Assembly: GCA_963665195.1 (NCBI GenBank)
Contig: OY762070.1
Coordinates: 4,977,809 to 5,041,808, forward strand
Origin: Pseudomonadales bacterium
GTDB taxonomy: Bacteria > Pseudomonadota > Gammaproteobacteria > Pseudomonadales > Azotimanducaceae
Direction of reading: 5' to 3'
DNA length: 64,000 bases
The notes beneath the pieces are model-generated. The model was not told the DNA's origin. It ran no database searches and saw only the letters and a list, made by a program, of their open reading frames with translations. Position numbers and translations under genes: made by a program. Positions 30,043-39,763 of the stretch are shown piece after piece. Numbering within the stretch: the stretch's first letter is position 1; each line of letters begins with the position of its first letter.

Positions 30043-30645
30043 ATGCTGGCCACGCTCGAAAGCTACCACCGCATTCCGCGCATCCTGCGGCTCAATGTGG
30101 CAGGGCAGCCGGTGGAATGGGCCTCCTGGCAGGAGGCCGTCTGCCTGTACGCGCGCGGCGTGGTGAAGTGGACCCACGGCGAATCCGTGCTGCGGCTGCG
30201 GGGCGGCCACTCGCGGCTCGACGGCAGCCAGACCACGGTGGACATCCACAGCATCATCGCCTGCGGCGGGCGCCGCCACGAGCGGCCCAGACGCTCGCCG
30301 CCGCTCACCAACGCGGCGCTGTTCGGCCGGGACCGCTACCTCTGCCTGTACTGCGGCGGCATGTTCCCGCACGGCGCGCTGACGCGCGATCACGTCGTGC
30401 CCAAGTCGCGCGGCGGCGCGGACCATTGGGAGAACGTGGTGGCCGCCTGCCGACGCTGCAACCACCACAAGGGCAACCGCCTGCCGCACGAGTGCGGCAT
30501 GGAGCTGCTCGCGCTGCCGTACGTGCCGAACCTCGCCGAATACCTGGCGCTGACCAACTCGGGGCGCATCCTCGGCGATCAGATGGACTTCCTCGCCACG
30601 CAGTTCGGCAGCGCCGCCAAAGAGCGCGACAGCCTGCTGCACTGA
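30043..30645 (+). CDS. HNH endonuclease
   Basis: CLYCGG....DHVVPKSRGG...WENVVAACRRCNHHKGN is a canonical HNH/zinc motif. Confidence 0.85.
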   Translation: MLATLESYHRIPRILRLNVAGQPVEWASWQEAVCLYARGVVKWTHGESVLRLRGGHSRLDGSQTTVDIHSIIACGGRRHERPRRSPPLTNAALFGRDRYLCLYCGGMFPHGALTRDHVVPKSRGGADHWENVVAACRRCNHHKGNRLPHECGMELLALPYVPNLAEYLALTNSGRILGDQMDFLATQFGSAAKERDSLLH

Positions 30646-30766
30646 GGTCGAGTCGGCGCGCCAGGAGGCGCTGCCCGGGGTCGCCCCGGATGGATGGTGG
30701 GGCAGGTCGCTCGCCCTGCTATGCTGCGCCCATGAGTGAGTTCCGCAGCGCCCCGGCAGCGCTCTC

Positions 30767-31582
30767 ATGAGCGGCGACGGACGCTTCGGCCGCGTCGCGC
30801 ACCTCGCCATCTGCACCGCGGTGTTCGTCTTTCTGGTGGCGCCGATCCTCGTGATCGTGCCGCTCGGCTTCAACGCGGAGCCCTACTTCACGTTCACCGA
30901 GGGCATGCTGCGCCTCGACCCGGCGGCCTACTCGCTGCGCTGGTACGAGACGGTGGCGACCGACGAGCAGTGGCTGCGGGCGCTGGCGAACAGCCTCGTC
31001 ATCGGCGTCAGCGCCACCGTCATCGCCACGGTGCTCGGCACCATGGCGGCGCTTGGGCTGGCGAGTCCGGCGATGCCGGCGCGGCCGTTGGTGATGGGCC
31101 TCCTCATCTCGCCGATGGTCACCCCGGTCATCATCTCCGCGGCAGGCATGTTCTTCTTCTATTCGAGCCTGGGTCTGTCGCAGACGCACATCGGCATCGT
31201 CCTTGCCCACGCCGCGCTCGGCACGCCCTTCGTCGTCATCACCGTGACGGCGACGCTGGCGGGCTTCGACACCAACCTGACGCGCGCCGCCGCCAGCTTG
31301 GGCGCGGACCCGTGGCGCACGTTCCGCCGCGTGCAGCTGCCGCTGATCGCGCCGGGCGTCTTCTCGGGGGCCCTGTTCGCCTTCGCCACCTCGTTCGACG
31401 AGGTGGTGACGGTGCTGTTCATGGGCGGCCTCGAGCAGCGCACGATCCCGCGCCAGATGTGGGCCGGCATCCGCGAGCAGATCAGCCCGGCGATTCTGGC
31501 GGTGGCGACGTTCCTGATCGCCTTCGCGCTGGCGCTGATGGGCACCGTGGAATGGCTGCGTCGCCGCGGCGCGAGCGACTGA
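30767..31582 (+). CDS. ABC transporter permease (PotC-like)
   Basis: Six TM segments and the EAA loop AAASLGADPWRTFRRVQLPL. Confidence 0.9.
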   Translation: MSGDGRFGRVAHLAICTAVFVFLVAPILVIVPLGFNAEPYFTFTEGMLRLDPAAYSLRWYETVATDEQWLRALANSLVIGVSATVIATVLGTMAALGLASPAMPARPLVMGLLISPMVTPVIISAAGMFFFYSSLGLSQTHIGIVLAHAALGTPFVVITVTATLAGFDTNLTRAAASLGADPWRTFRRVQLPLIAPGVFSGALFAFATSFDEVVTVLFMGGLEQRTIPRQMWAGIREQISPAILAVATFLIAFALALMGTVEWLRRRGASD

Positions 31583-31639
31583 CCGCCTATACTTGCGCGT
31601 ACTGCGAGGACGGCAGGCGGCAAACCGGCGAGCGGAGCA

Positions 31640-32785
31640 ATGGAATCGGCCGACACCCCCCATGTCGTCTTCGACGGCGTATTCAAGAGCTACGACGGCG
31701 AGGTGCAAGTCGTCGAGGATCTTCGCCTCAGCGTCAGGGAAGGCGAGTTCCTGACGCTGCTCGGCCCGTCAGGCTCCGGCAAGACGACCTGCCTCATGAT
31801 GCTCGCCGGCTTCGAGGCGCCCACCGGCGGCAGCATCCGCATCGGCGGCAAGCCGGTAGAGGACGTGCCGCCGCGCAAGCGCGACATCGGCATGGTGTTT
31901 CAGAACTACGCGCTGTTCCCGCACATGACGGTGGCGGGCAATCTGGCGTTTCCCTTGGAAGTGCGTGGCCTAAGGAGGAACGACGCTGCCGAACGGGTGC
32001 GCCGCGCCTTGGAACTCGTCCGCCTCGAAGGCTTCGAAGGGCGGCGCCCGGGAGAGCTGTCGGGCGGCCAGCAGCAGCGCGTCGCCATCGCTAGGGCATT
32101 GGTGTTCGAGCCGGACCTCGTGCTGATGGACGAGCCACTGGGCGCCCTCGACCGGCGCCTGCGCGAAGAGATGCAGTTCGAGATCCGCCGCATCCAGCGC
32201 ACGCTTGGCGTCACGGTGGTCTACGTCACCCACGATCAGCAGGAAGCCATGGCCATGTCGGACCGAGTGGCCGTGTTCAATGCTGGCCGCATCGAGCAGA
32301 TCGCGCCGCCGGAAGTGCTCTACGAGGAGCCGGAGCGCCCCTTCGTCGCCACCTTCATCGGCGACAACAACCTGCTCGAAGGTCGGGTCAGCAGCGTGGA
32401 TGGGGACATCTGCGATGTCGTCGCCGGCGGCGAGACGGTCAAGGCCTTTCTGGTGTCGCCGCGACAACCAGGAGACGCGGTGGTGCTTGCCATCCGCCCG
32501 GAGCGGATCGGCCTCGCGCCCGCGCCCGGCACCTACAGCAACGAGTTCGACGTGGTGGTCGAAGACATCGCCTTCCTCGGCGACCACCTGCGCGTCCGCG
32601 CCGCCTTGGGCGACCGAGACGCCCAAGGCGGCGCTGCGGACTTCATCATCAAGATACCGAACGTCGTCGGCCACGGCGCCGTGCTCGCCGGCGACACGGT
32701 GCGCGTCGGCTGGACGCCGACCGACTGCCGGGCGCTGGTCCCCGACGAGCGGCGTGCTGCAAACGCGGCGCCGAATCAGGCTTAA
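31640..32785 (+). CDS. ABC transporter ATP-binding protein (PotA-like)
   Basis: Walker A GPSGSGKTT, signature LSGGQQQR, Walker B LVLMDEPL, and a C-terminal TOBE-like domain. Confidence 0.93.
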   Translation: MESADTPHVVFDGVFKSYDGEVQVVEDLRLSVREGEFLTLLGPSGSGKTTCLMMLAGFEAPTGGSIRIGGKPVEDVPPRKRDIGMVFQNYALFPHMTVAGNLAFPLEVRGLRRNDAAERVRRALELVRLEGFEGRRPGELSGGQQQRVAIARALVFEPDLVLMDEPLGALDRRLREEMQFEIRRIQRTLGVTVVYVTHDQQEAMAMSDRVAVFNAGRIEQIAPPEVLYEEPERPFVATFIGDNNLLEGRVSSVDGDICDVVAGGETVKAFLVSPRQPGDAVVLAIRPERIGLAPAPGTYSNEFDVVVEDIAFLGDHLRVRAALGDRDAQGGAADFIIKIPNVVGHGAVLAGDTVRVGWTPTDCRALVPDERRAANAAPNQA

Positions 32786-32794
32786 GGAGGAATC

Positions 32795-33874
32795 ATGAGA
32801 ATCAAACTGCAAGCGCTCGCATTGGCCGCCGCGGCATGGGGCTTCGGCGCCGCCGCCGCGGAAGCGCTGACCGTCGTCTCCTGGGGCGGCGCCTACGGCC
32901 TCGCCAGCCGCCTCGCCTGGCTCGAACCCTTCAGCGAGGAGACCGGCACGGATTTCCGCTTGGAGGACTACAACGGCGGCCTCGCGCAGATCCGCGCCCA
33001 AGTGGAGACCGGCAACGTGCATTGGGACGTGGTGGACCTCGAAACGCCGGACCTAGTGCGCGGCTGCGACGAGGGCCTCTTGGAGCTGGTCGCGCCGGAC
33101 AGCCTGCCGCCAGCGCCGGACGGCACCGCGGCAGCCGATGACTACCCCGACGACGGCATCACCGAGTGCGGCCCCACCACGCTCTTCTACTCGACCATCT
33201 ACGCCTACAACGCCGAGGGCTTTCCCGACGACAAGCCGGCGACCATCGAGGATTTCTTCGATCTCGGCAAGTTCCCCGGCCGGCGCGGCATGAGGCGCTC
33301 GCCCTTGGTGAATCTCGAGTTCGCGCTCATGGCCGACGGCGTGGCGATGGACCAGATCTACGCGACGCTGGATACGGAAGAGGGCATGGACCGCGCCTTC
33401 GCCAAGCTCGACACCATCAAGGAGCATATCGTCTGGTGGGAGGCCGGCGCCCAGCCGCCGCAGATGCTCGCCGACCGGGAAGTGGCCATGAGTACGGCCT
33501 ACAACGGCCGCATCTTCAACGCCCAGATCGTCGAGCAGCAGCCGTTCGTGGTGGTCTGGGACGGCCAGGTGCTGGACAGCGGCGGCTACGGCATCGTCGC
33601 CGGAACCGCCAATCTGGCGGCGGCGCGCGCCTTGGTCGAATACGTTGCGAGGCCGGACTCCATGGCGCGCCTGAGTCGCTACATCTCGTACAGCCCGGCC
33701 CGGCGTTCGGGCACGGATTTGGTGTCGACGCACTTGGAGACCGGCATCGACATGGCCCCGCACATGCCGACCACGGAATCCAACATGCAGCGGGCGCTCG
33801 CCAACGACTGGGAGTGGTGGAGCGACCATGCGGATGAGGTTAACGAACGCTTCAGCGCCTGGCTCGCCCGTTGA
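32795..33874 (+). CDS. ABC transporter periplasmic substrate-binding protein (PotD/PotF-like)
   Basis: Signal peptide, LTVVSWGGAY and other polyamine-type SBP features. AAGGAGGA RBS. Confidence 0.88.
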   Translation: MRIKLQALALAAAAWGFGAAAAEALTVVSWGGAYGLASRLAWLEPFSEETGTDFRLEDYNGGLAQIRAQVETGNVHWDVVDLETPDLVRGCDEGLLELVAPDSLPPAPDGTAAADDYPDDGITECGPTTLFYSTIYAYNAEGFPDDKPATIEDFFDLGKFPGRRGMRRSPLVNLEFALMADGVAMDQIYATLDTEEGMDRAFAKLDTIKEHIVWWEAGAQPPQMLADREVAMSTAYNGRIFNAQIVEQQPFVVVWDGQVLDSGGYGIVAGTANLAAARALVEYVARPDSMARLSRYISYSPARRSGTDLVSTHLETGIDMAPHMPTTESNMQRALANDWEWWSDHADEVNERFSAWLAR

Positions 33875-35088
33875 GCGCAAGCCCGCAGGACCGACGCCCC
33901 GCCCTGCGCGCCGGGCTGCTTGCGCTGCCGCTGATCGCCTTCATCGGCGTGACCTTCATCGCGCCGCTGGCGACCATGCTGACGCGCAGCGTCCATGAAC
34001 CGCAAGTGGCGGACGCCCTGCCGCAGACGCTGGCAAGGCTTGCCGAGTGGGATGGGCTGTCGGTACCCGGCGAGCTGGTCTTCGAGGTGGCGGCGGCGGA
34101 ACTGCTGGCGGCCCGCGAGGCGCGCACGCTCGGCCAGCTGGCCACGCGCGTCAATCGCGTCGAGAGCGGCCTGCGCAGCGTCCTCACCCGCACCGGACGG
34201 CGGCTGCGCAGTGCCGAGCCGGACCTCGATGCCGCCGCCCCTTGGCGCGCCGTCCTGCTCGGCGCCCACGAGGCGTGGGGCGAACCCGCCACCTGGCGGG
34301 CCATCCGCCGCGCTGGCGAACGCTACACGGCGCGGCACTATCTCAACGCGCTGGACTTGGACCGAGACTCGCAAGGCGACATCGTCGCCCAGCCGCCGGA
34401 CCGGCGCATCTATCTGCCGCTCTTGTGGCGGACTCTCGTCGTCAGCACCGGCATCACCGTGCTGTGCCTCTTGCTCGGCTATCCGGTGGCCTACCTGATC
34501 GCCCACGCGCCGCCGGGCCGCGCCAATCTGCTCCTGCTGCTCGTGCTGGTGCCGTTCTGGACATCGCTCCTGGTACGCACCACATCGTGGATCGTGCTGC
34601 TGCAATCGCAGGGCGTCGTGAACGACATCCTAGTGGCCATCGGCCTGATCGGCGAAGAAGAGCGGCTGGAGATGATCTACAACATGACCGGCACGTTCGT
34701 CGCGATGACCCACGTCCTGCTGCCGTTCATGGTGCTGCCGCTGTACGCTGTGATGCGCACCATCCCGCCGCAGTACATGAGCGCCGCGGCATCCCTCGGC
34801 GCGAGCTTCCCGCAGGCGTTCCGAAGGGTCTACTGGCCGCAGACGCTGCCCGGCGTCGGCGCCGGCTCGCTCTTGGTTTTCATCCTCGCCATCGGCTACT
34901 ACATCACCCCCGCGCTGGTCGGCGGCCGCACGGGCCAGCTCATTTCCAACATGATCGCCTACCACATGCAGCAATCCCTCAACTGGGGCCTGGCCGCAGC
35001 CCTCGGCGGCATCCTGCTGGCGTGCGTGGTGGGGCTGTACCTGCTCTACGACCGCATCGTCGGCGTCGAGAAAATGCGGTTGGGGTGA
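33871..35088 (+). CDS. ABC transporter permease (PotB-like) with long N-terminal extension
   Basis: EAA loop AAASLGASFPQAFRRVYWPQTLPG. ATGA/GTGA-type overlap with the SBP stop. Confidence 0.88.
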   Translation: MSASPQDRRPALRAGLLALPLIAFIGVTFIAPLATMLTRSVHEPQVADALPQTLARLAEWDGLSVPGELVFEVAAAELLAAREARTLGQLATRVNRVESGLRSVLTRTGRRLRSAEPDLDAAAPWRAVLLGAHEAWGEPATWRAIRRAGERYTARHYLNALDLDRDSQGDIVAQPPDRRIYLPLLWRTLVVSTGITVLCLLLGYPVAYLIAHAPPGRANLLLLLVLVPFWTSLLVRTTSWIVLLQSQGVVNDILVAIGLIGEEERLEMIYNMTGTFVAMTHVLLPFMVLPLYAVMRTIPPQYMSAAASLGASFPQAFRRVYWPQTLPGVGAGSLLVFILAIGYYITPALVGGRTGQLISNMIAYHMQQSLNWGLAAALGGILLACVVGLYLLYDRIVGVEKMRLG

Positions 35089-35162
35089 CAGGACACGAAG
35101 GGCCGCGATCCGCCGAGTCTCGGCGATGCTCCATTGGCCCGCATAATGCGGACCTGGACCGG

Positions 35163-35387
35163 TTAGTGCATGATGGAGTCGTGTCGGAGCCTATAGCGGC
35201 CAGCGCTTTCCCGAACGAAGTACGGGGTGTAGCCACCCGGATTGCCAACCCTGTGCTTGGGAAGAAAGGACCCGTAGGTTGCCGGGTTCCAGCCTGGGCA
35301 CGCTTGCCTAACGTCGGCGGCAGTGAACGGCTGCTTGAGCCTGCCCTCTTGGATCGCTCCGCGTATGTCCACCATGAACCGGCTCAT
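35163..35387 (-). CDS. small hypothetical protein (74 aa)
   Basis: ORF in a lower-GC patch. Its start overlaps the stop of the upstream 94-aa ORF (ATGA). No domain recognised. Confidence 0.45.
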   Translation of the reverse strand: MSRFMVDIRGAIQEGRLKQPFTAADVRQACPGWNPATYGSFLPKHRVGNPGGYTPYFVRESAGRYRLRHDSIMH

Positions 35388-35668
35388 GGGATGGGGGTCT
35401 CTGTCAATGCTCGCACCACGGCTCGGAACGTGGGTCCTTGCGCTTCTCCGTCAAGTTGCCACCACTGATGTGTCGGTTTCTCTCGCCATCGGAATCCGTG
35501 CTTGCGTAGCAGGCATTCTTGGTCGCGGGCGATTGTCTTGGAGATGTACCAATGACCATCTTTGGTGTTCCAGCCGCCGATCTTGCGCCCATTGTGGAAG
35601 AGCATGATCTGCTGCTTCCCTCGTTTCATCGTCATCCCGGCCGCCTCAAGTTCCTCGAGTACGTTCAT
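35384..35668 (-). CDS. small hypothetical protein (94 aa)
   Basis: ORF in a lower-GC patch, translationally coupled to 35163-35387. No domain recognised. Confidence 0.45.
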   Translation of the reverse strand: MNVLEELEAAGMTMKRGKQQIMLFHNGRKIGGWNTKDGHWYISKTIARDQECLLRKHGFRWREKPTHQWWQLDGEAQGPTFRAVVRALTETPIP

Positions 35669-35713
35669 CCATTGCTCCGTGAGGGCTCAATATGCCGTAG
35701 CTTAGCATTGTGC

Positions 35714-36553
35714 TCAGCGCAGGAAGGCACCTGGCTGGCGGTTCCAGCGAAACGGCAGGTCGGGGTCGCGAGCGAGGATCTCCGGTGGGACTTCGCCATG
35801 CCAATCGGCTGGCACGCTGTTCGATTTGCGGTAGAACCAGCCGAGGAGCACGGTGCGGCGCTCGCTGGTGCTGTTCGGGCGGGTGCCGTGCAGCAGGCGG
35901 GCGTCGCCGATCAGCAGCTGGCCGGGCGTGACCGGCACGTCCACTGCCTGTGGGTGGTCGTAGAACATCCATTCGTTGGTTTCCTCGATCTCGTAGCCGC
36001 CGCCTTCGTGCGCGGGCACCAGGTGCTCGTGCAGGTCCAGTCTGCGCAGGTGGCTGCCGGGGATGGCGCGCAGGCAGCCGTTGTCGACCGTGGTGTCGGT
36101 CAGGTACCAGTTGAGGAAGACCTGCTGCGGCCACGGCGAGAGGCTCATGGGGTCGTCCCAGCGGGCCCAGTCCTGATGCCAGTAGAGAGCCGGTGCGCCG
36201 GGCGGCTTGGAGATGATCTGGAAGGTGCCGCCGGAGGCGTGATCCGCGAGGCCCATCGCCGCCATGGTGGCGGCCGGGTGTTCGATCAGGAAGTCCACCA
36301 TCTCGTCGCCCGGCAGGTTGGGGCTGCGCTTCGAGCGATGCCGGATGCCGCTGACGTGGATGTCGGAGCCTTGGTACTTCCACTTCGCGGAATGCTTGGT
36401 GGACTGCAGCCAATCGCCGGACCAGCAGCGCAGCTCGTCGATGTACTCCCCCGGCATCGCGCCGTCGATCAGGCAGAAGCCATCGCGCAGCAGTTGATCG
36501 CGAGCGCGGCGCATGGCGCGGGTGTCGGGTTCCATCGGCGGTGGCTCTGGCAA
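35714..36553 (-). CDS. phytanoyl-CoA dioxygenase (PhyH) family Fe(II)/2-oxoglutarate oxygenase
   Basis: WHQDW, GCLRAIPGSH and LLHGTRPN (H-x-D...H facial triad and Arg) motifs. Confidence 0.83.
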   Translation of the reverse strand: MPEPPPMEPDTRAMRRARDQLLRDGFCLIDGAMPGEYIDELRCWSGDWLQSTKHSAKWKYQGSDIHVSGIRHRSKRSPNLPGDEMVDFLIEHPAATMAAMGLADHASGGTFQIISKPPGAPALYWHQDWARWDDPMSLSPWPQQVFLNWYLTDTTVDNGCLRAIPGSHLRRLDLHEHLVPAHEGGGYEIEETNEWMFYDHPQAVDVPVTPGQLLIGDARLLHGTRPNSTSERRTVLLGWFYRKSNSVPADWHGEVPPEILARDPDLPFRWNRQPGAFLR

Positions 36554-36701
36554 GGCGGAGGCGGCACTCTATCACCCCATCCGGTCCGCGCATGGCGGCT
36601 GGTGCCGGGATGGCCAGGAATGCCGCGAGTGCCTTGGGCTGACGCGACCCGCGCCGCGATCTACTTCTGACGGTTTCGCGCTCGCGCGCGAGTGCTGCGG
36701 T

Positions 36702-37110
36702 TGGTGGGCCCACCAGGGTTCGAACCTGGGACCAGTGGATTCGCTTGGCTCCGGCGTTTCCGCCGGCGCGGACTATCTCACCACCCTCGCCCTCTGCCGT
36801 TCTGCGCGGCTGTCGCGTTAGGGTGCGGGACGCTCTGGCCTGTCATCAAGGGCGCTCGAAGCGACAGCGTGCGGCGTGGTGTTCCGCGCCGCGCGTTGGG
36901 GTGCCGCCTCAGCCCTCAGGTAGTCTCTGCACCTTCCGGCGGTGTACCGCCGGCTTGGCTCAGGATTGCCGTGGCTGGCTTGCCGCCAACCGGGCGGTTC
37001 CCCTGAGTTCATCCCGTTCATCCGCCGCCTTTCGACGGCGGCGCACCGCGTTCGGGCGTTGCCGCCCGAGTCGATGAGTCCACCGCTCTAACCAACTGAG
37101 CTATAGGCCC
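36702..37110 (-). tRNA. tRNA with anticodon CAU (elongator type, probably tRNA-Ile2, otherwise Met) interrupted by a group I intron
   Basis: 5' exon 37110-37074 GGGCCTATAGCTCAGTTGGTTAGAGCGGTGGACTCAT. 3' exon 36741-36702 AATCCACTGGTCCCAGGTTCGAACCCTGGTGGGCCCACCA. Joined they give a 77-nt cloverleaf: 7-bp acceptor including one G-U pair, GCTC/GAGC D stem, GTGGA/TCCAC anticodon stem, loop CTCATAA, CCAGG/CCTGG T stem, and encoded CCA. Confidence 0.9.
36742..37073 (-). ncRNA. group I intron (IC3-like), 332 nt, no internal ORF
   Basis: Inserted right after the anticodon U of CAU. Core strings CTCAGGGGAACC, GGCAATCCTGAGCCAAGCC and CGGAAGGTGCAGAGACTA, plus the 3' partner GAGATAGTCC, match the conserved core remembered from cyanobacterial tRNA-Leu and Azoarcus tRNA-Ile introns. 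GTG guide sequence precedes a P2-like hairpin. The last intron base is G (omega-G). Confidence 0.85.
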
Positions 37111-37225
37111 ATGGCGGCGAGTTTAGGTCTGCCGAAGGCGCACGGCAACCGCTGTGCTGTCGCGGCTGCCGGCCGCTGCCGCGTCCGCGCTTTCAAACGG
37201 CGCCGCGATGGGCCACACTCGCGGC

Positions 37226-38708
37226 ATGGACAAGCTACCCCTCTACATCGACGGCGCGTTCGTCGACAGCGAAGCTGGCGGCATCGCCGTGACCGATCCC
37301 GCCACCCAGGAAGTGCTCTGCGAGGTGCCTTTCGCGAGCAGCGGCGAAGTGGACCGGGCGGTGCAGGGCGCCCAGGCCGCGTTCGCCTCGTGGCGCGAGA
37401 CGCCGCTGCCGGAGCGGGCGCGGGTGCTGCTCGCCTACCAGCAGTTGCTCAAGGAGCGCCAGGACGACTTGGCGCGGGATCTCTGCCGGGAGACGGGCAA
37501 GACCTTCGAGGACGCCCGCGGCGAGATCTGGCGCGGCATCGAGGTGGTCGAGCATGCCGCCGGGATCGCCTCGCTGATGATGGGCGAGACCGCCGAGAAC
37601 GTCGCCCGCGGCATCGATACGTACAGCCTGGTGCAGCCGCTCGGCGTCTGCGTCGGCATCACGCCGTTCAACTTTCCGGCCATGGTGCCGCTGTGGATGT
37701 TTCCGCTGGCCATCGCCTGCGGCAATACGTTCGTGCTCAAGCCCTCGGAGCAGGATCCGATGACGCCGAACCGGCTCATGGAACTGCTGGCCGAGGCGGG
37801 CGCGCCGCCGGGCGTGGTGCAGGTGGTGCATGGCGGCCGGGAGCAGGTGGATGCGCTGATCGAGCATCCGTCCGTGCGGGCGGTGAGCTTCGTCGGTTCC
37901 GTGCCGGTGGCGCGGGCGGTGTACCGCAAGGCCGCCCAGCACCTCAAGCGAGTGCAGGCGCTTGCCGGGGCGAAGAATCATTTGGTCATCATGCCCGACG
38001 CCGACAAGGAGCAGGCGATCGCGAGCTTGGTCGGCGCGGTCTGCGGCGCGGCCGGACAGCGCTGCATGGCGATCAGCGCCACGGTGCTGGTGGGGGCGGC
38101 GGCGGATTGGCTGCCCGACATCCAGGCCGCGATGGCGGCGGTTCGGCCGGGGCCGTGGGACGACGCCGCCGCGGGCTACGGGCCGCAGATCAGCCGGGCT
38201 GCGAAGGCGCGGATTCTCGGCTACATCGACAAGGGCAAGGCGGAGGGCGCGAAATGCCTGCTCGATGGCGGGCAGTGTACGGTGGACGGCTATCCGGATG
38301 GCAACTGGGTGGGGCCGACCCTGTTCGCGGACGTGACGCCCGGCATGTCGATCTACACGGACGAGATCTTCGGCCCCGTGCTCGTCGCATCGCAGGTGCA
38401 GACACTGGACGACGCCATCTCGCTCATCAATGCCAATCCGTTCGGCAACGGGGTGTCGCTGTTCACATCCAGCGGCGGCGCGGCGCTTCCAGCATGCCAT
38501 CGAGGTCGGCCAGGTCGGCATCAACATCCCCATTCCGGTGCCGCTGCCGTTCTTCTCGTTCACCGGCTGGAAAGACTCCTTCTTCGGCGACCAGCACGTC
38601 TACGGCAAGCAGGCCGTGCGCTTCTACACGGAGACCAAGACCGTCACCGCGCGCTGGTTCGACGATGGCGCAGACGCCCGGGTCAACACGACGATCCGCT
38701 TGCAGTAG
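37226..38708 (+). pseudogene. mmsA: methylmalonate-semialdehyde dehydrogenase (CoA-acylating), frameshifted near codon 420
   Basis: ALDH motifs (ITPFNFP, FVLKPSE, GQRCMA) in frame 1 to about 38485. The conserved C-terminus ([31 protein letters not shown]...TARWF) continues in the +1 frame to TAG at 38708. The break lies in the GC repeat AGCGGCGGCGCGGCGC (38471-38486). Confidence 0.85.
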
Positions 38709-39444
38709 CGCGGTCGTCGAGCAGGCGACTGCCGCCGGCGGCGTCTGGCGCGGCGCCGGTTCGGCAGCTCGCGAGCAGTCTATCGTCCGCCGCGGCCACG
38801 ACCGTGCCGACCTTGCGCCCTTGCTGCAGTACGTCCGCCCCGGGCTGCGGCGCCGCCCCCTCGAATCGGAAGCTGCGCAGCTTGCGCTTCACTTCGCCTA
38901 GATGCTCTGCCCGTGCCACCACCTCCTGACCGAGATAGCAGCCCTTGGCGAAGCTCACCGCGCCAGCATTGGTGAGGCCGAGCATCTGCGGCAGGAAGCC
39001 CTCCGAGACCCGCGCGCCGACGATAGGCAGGCCGGCCCCGACGCAGGCTGCCGCGAATCCCGCGTGGCCTGAGTCGGCGGGCGCATCGAGACAAGCGAAC
39101 CAGTCGAGCGGCGGCAGGGCGATGCACCCCGGTGCGGGTTCCGCCTGGAAGGCGATGCCGCTCGCGCGTCGCTTCAGCTTCGACTTGGCGAACAGCAGAT
39201 ACTTGCCGAGGTGGCCCAGCACGGCTTCGGCGAGTTCCGCGTGGATCAGCAGGCGCACATGCTCCCCGTTGCCCGCTGCCCAACCGTTCGCCAGCACGCG
39301 GCCTTTGATGTTGCACAGCGCCATGGGCATGGCGATGGCCGGCTGAAGGGCGTCCATGTCCGCCGTCGCGTAGCCTTGCAGGAACGCGGCGGCATCGCTG
39401 CCCGCGAGGTCGAGCTGCGCGAACATCGCCTGTGTTGTGCTCAC
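38683..39444 (-). CDS. ygfZ: folate-binding tRNA-modification / Fe-S repair protein YgfZ
   Basis: 253 aa, shorter than typical. Signature [12 protein letters not shown]. Divergent from sdhE as in enterobacteria. Confidence 0.82.
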   Translation of the reverse strand: MSTTQAMFAQLDLAGSDAAAFLQGYATADMDALQPAIAMPMALCNIKGRVLANGWAAGNGEHVRLLIHAELAEAVLGHLGKYLLFAKSKLKRRASGIAFQAEPAPGCIALPPLDWFACLDAPADSGHAGFAAACVGAGLPIVGARVSEGFLPQMLGLTNAGAVSFAKGCYLGQEVVARAEHLGEVKRKLRSFRFEGAAPQPGADVLQQGRKVGTVVAAADDRLLASCRTGAAPDAAGGSRLLDDRATASGSSC

Positions 39445-39502
39445 GGTTCCTCCGCGTCGACCGCACCTTGGCAGCCGCCAATGATGCCACCATCATGTCG
39501 CC

Positions 39503-39763
39503 ATGTCCGACACCCGCGACTTCGACCGCGTGCTGTGGCGCAGCCGCCGCGGCATGCTGGAGCTCGATCTGCTGCTGGTAGGCTTCGCCCGCGACCGCTA
39601 TCGCGCCCTGTCGCCGGCCTTGCAGGACGCCTACAAGGAACTCCTGACGCTGGACGACTGGCGGGTCTGGGATTGGCTGCAGGAGCGCACGCCCGCGGAC
39701 CGTGCCTTGCGCGGCATCGTCGCGGAGATCGTCGCCTTCAATGCCGGCCAGGACGCGCCATGA
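39503..39763 (+). CDS. sdhE: FAD assembly factor SdhE (YgfY/CptB)
   Basis: 86 aa. RGMLELDLLL motif (RGxxE). Confidence 0.88.
   Translation: MSDTRDFDRVLWRSRRGMLELDLLLVGFARDRYRALSPALQDAYKELLTLDDWRVWDWLQERTPADRALRGIVAEIVAFNAGQDAP

Noticed and set aside
35131-35170. Possible degenerate copy of the tRNA 3' end (att-like repeat) marking the far end of a tRNA-targeted island
   Set aside because: Only CGGACCTGG-ACC resembles CGAACCTGGGACC, and the rest aligns poorly. The region is also explained by small palindromes (CCGAG-T-CTCGG, CCGCA-TAA-TGCGG) between convergent genes.
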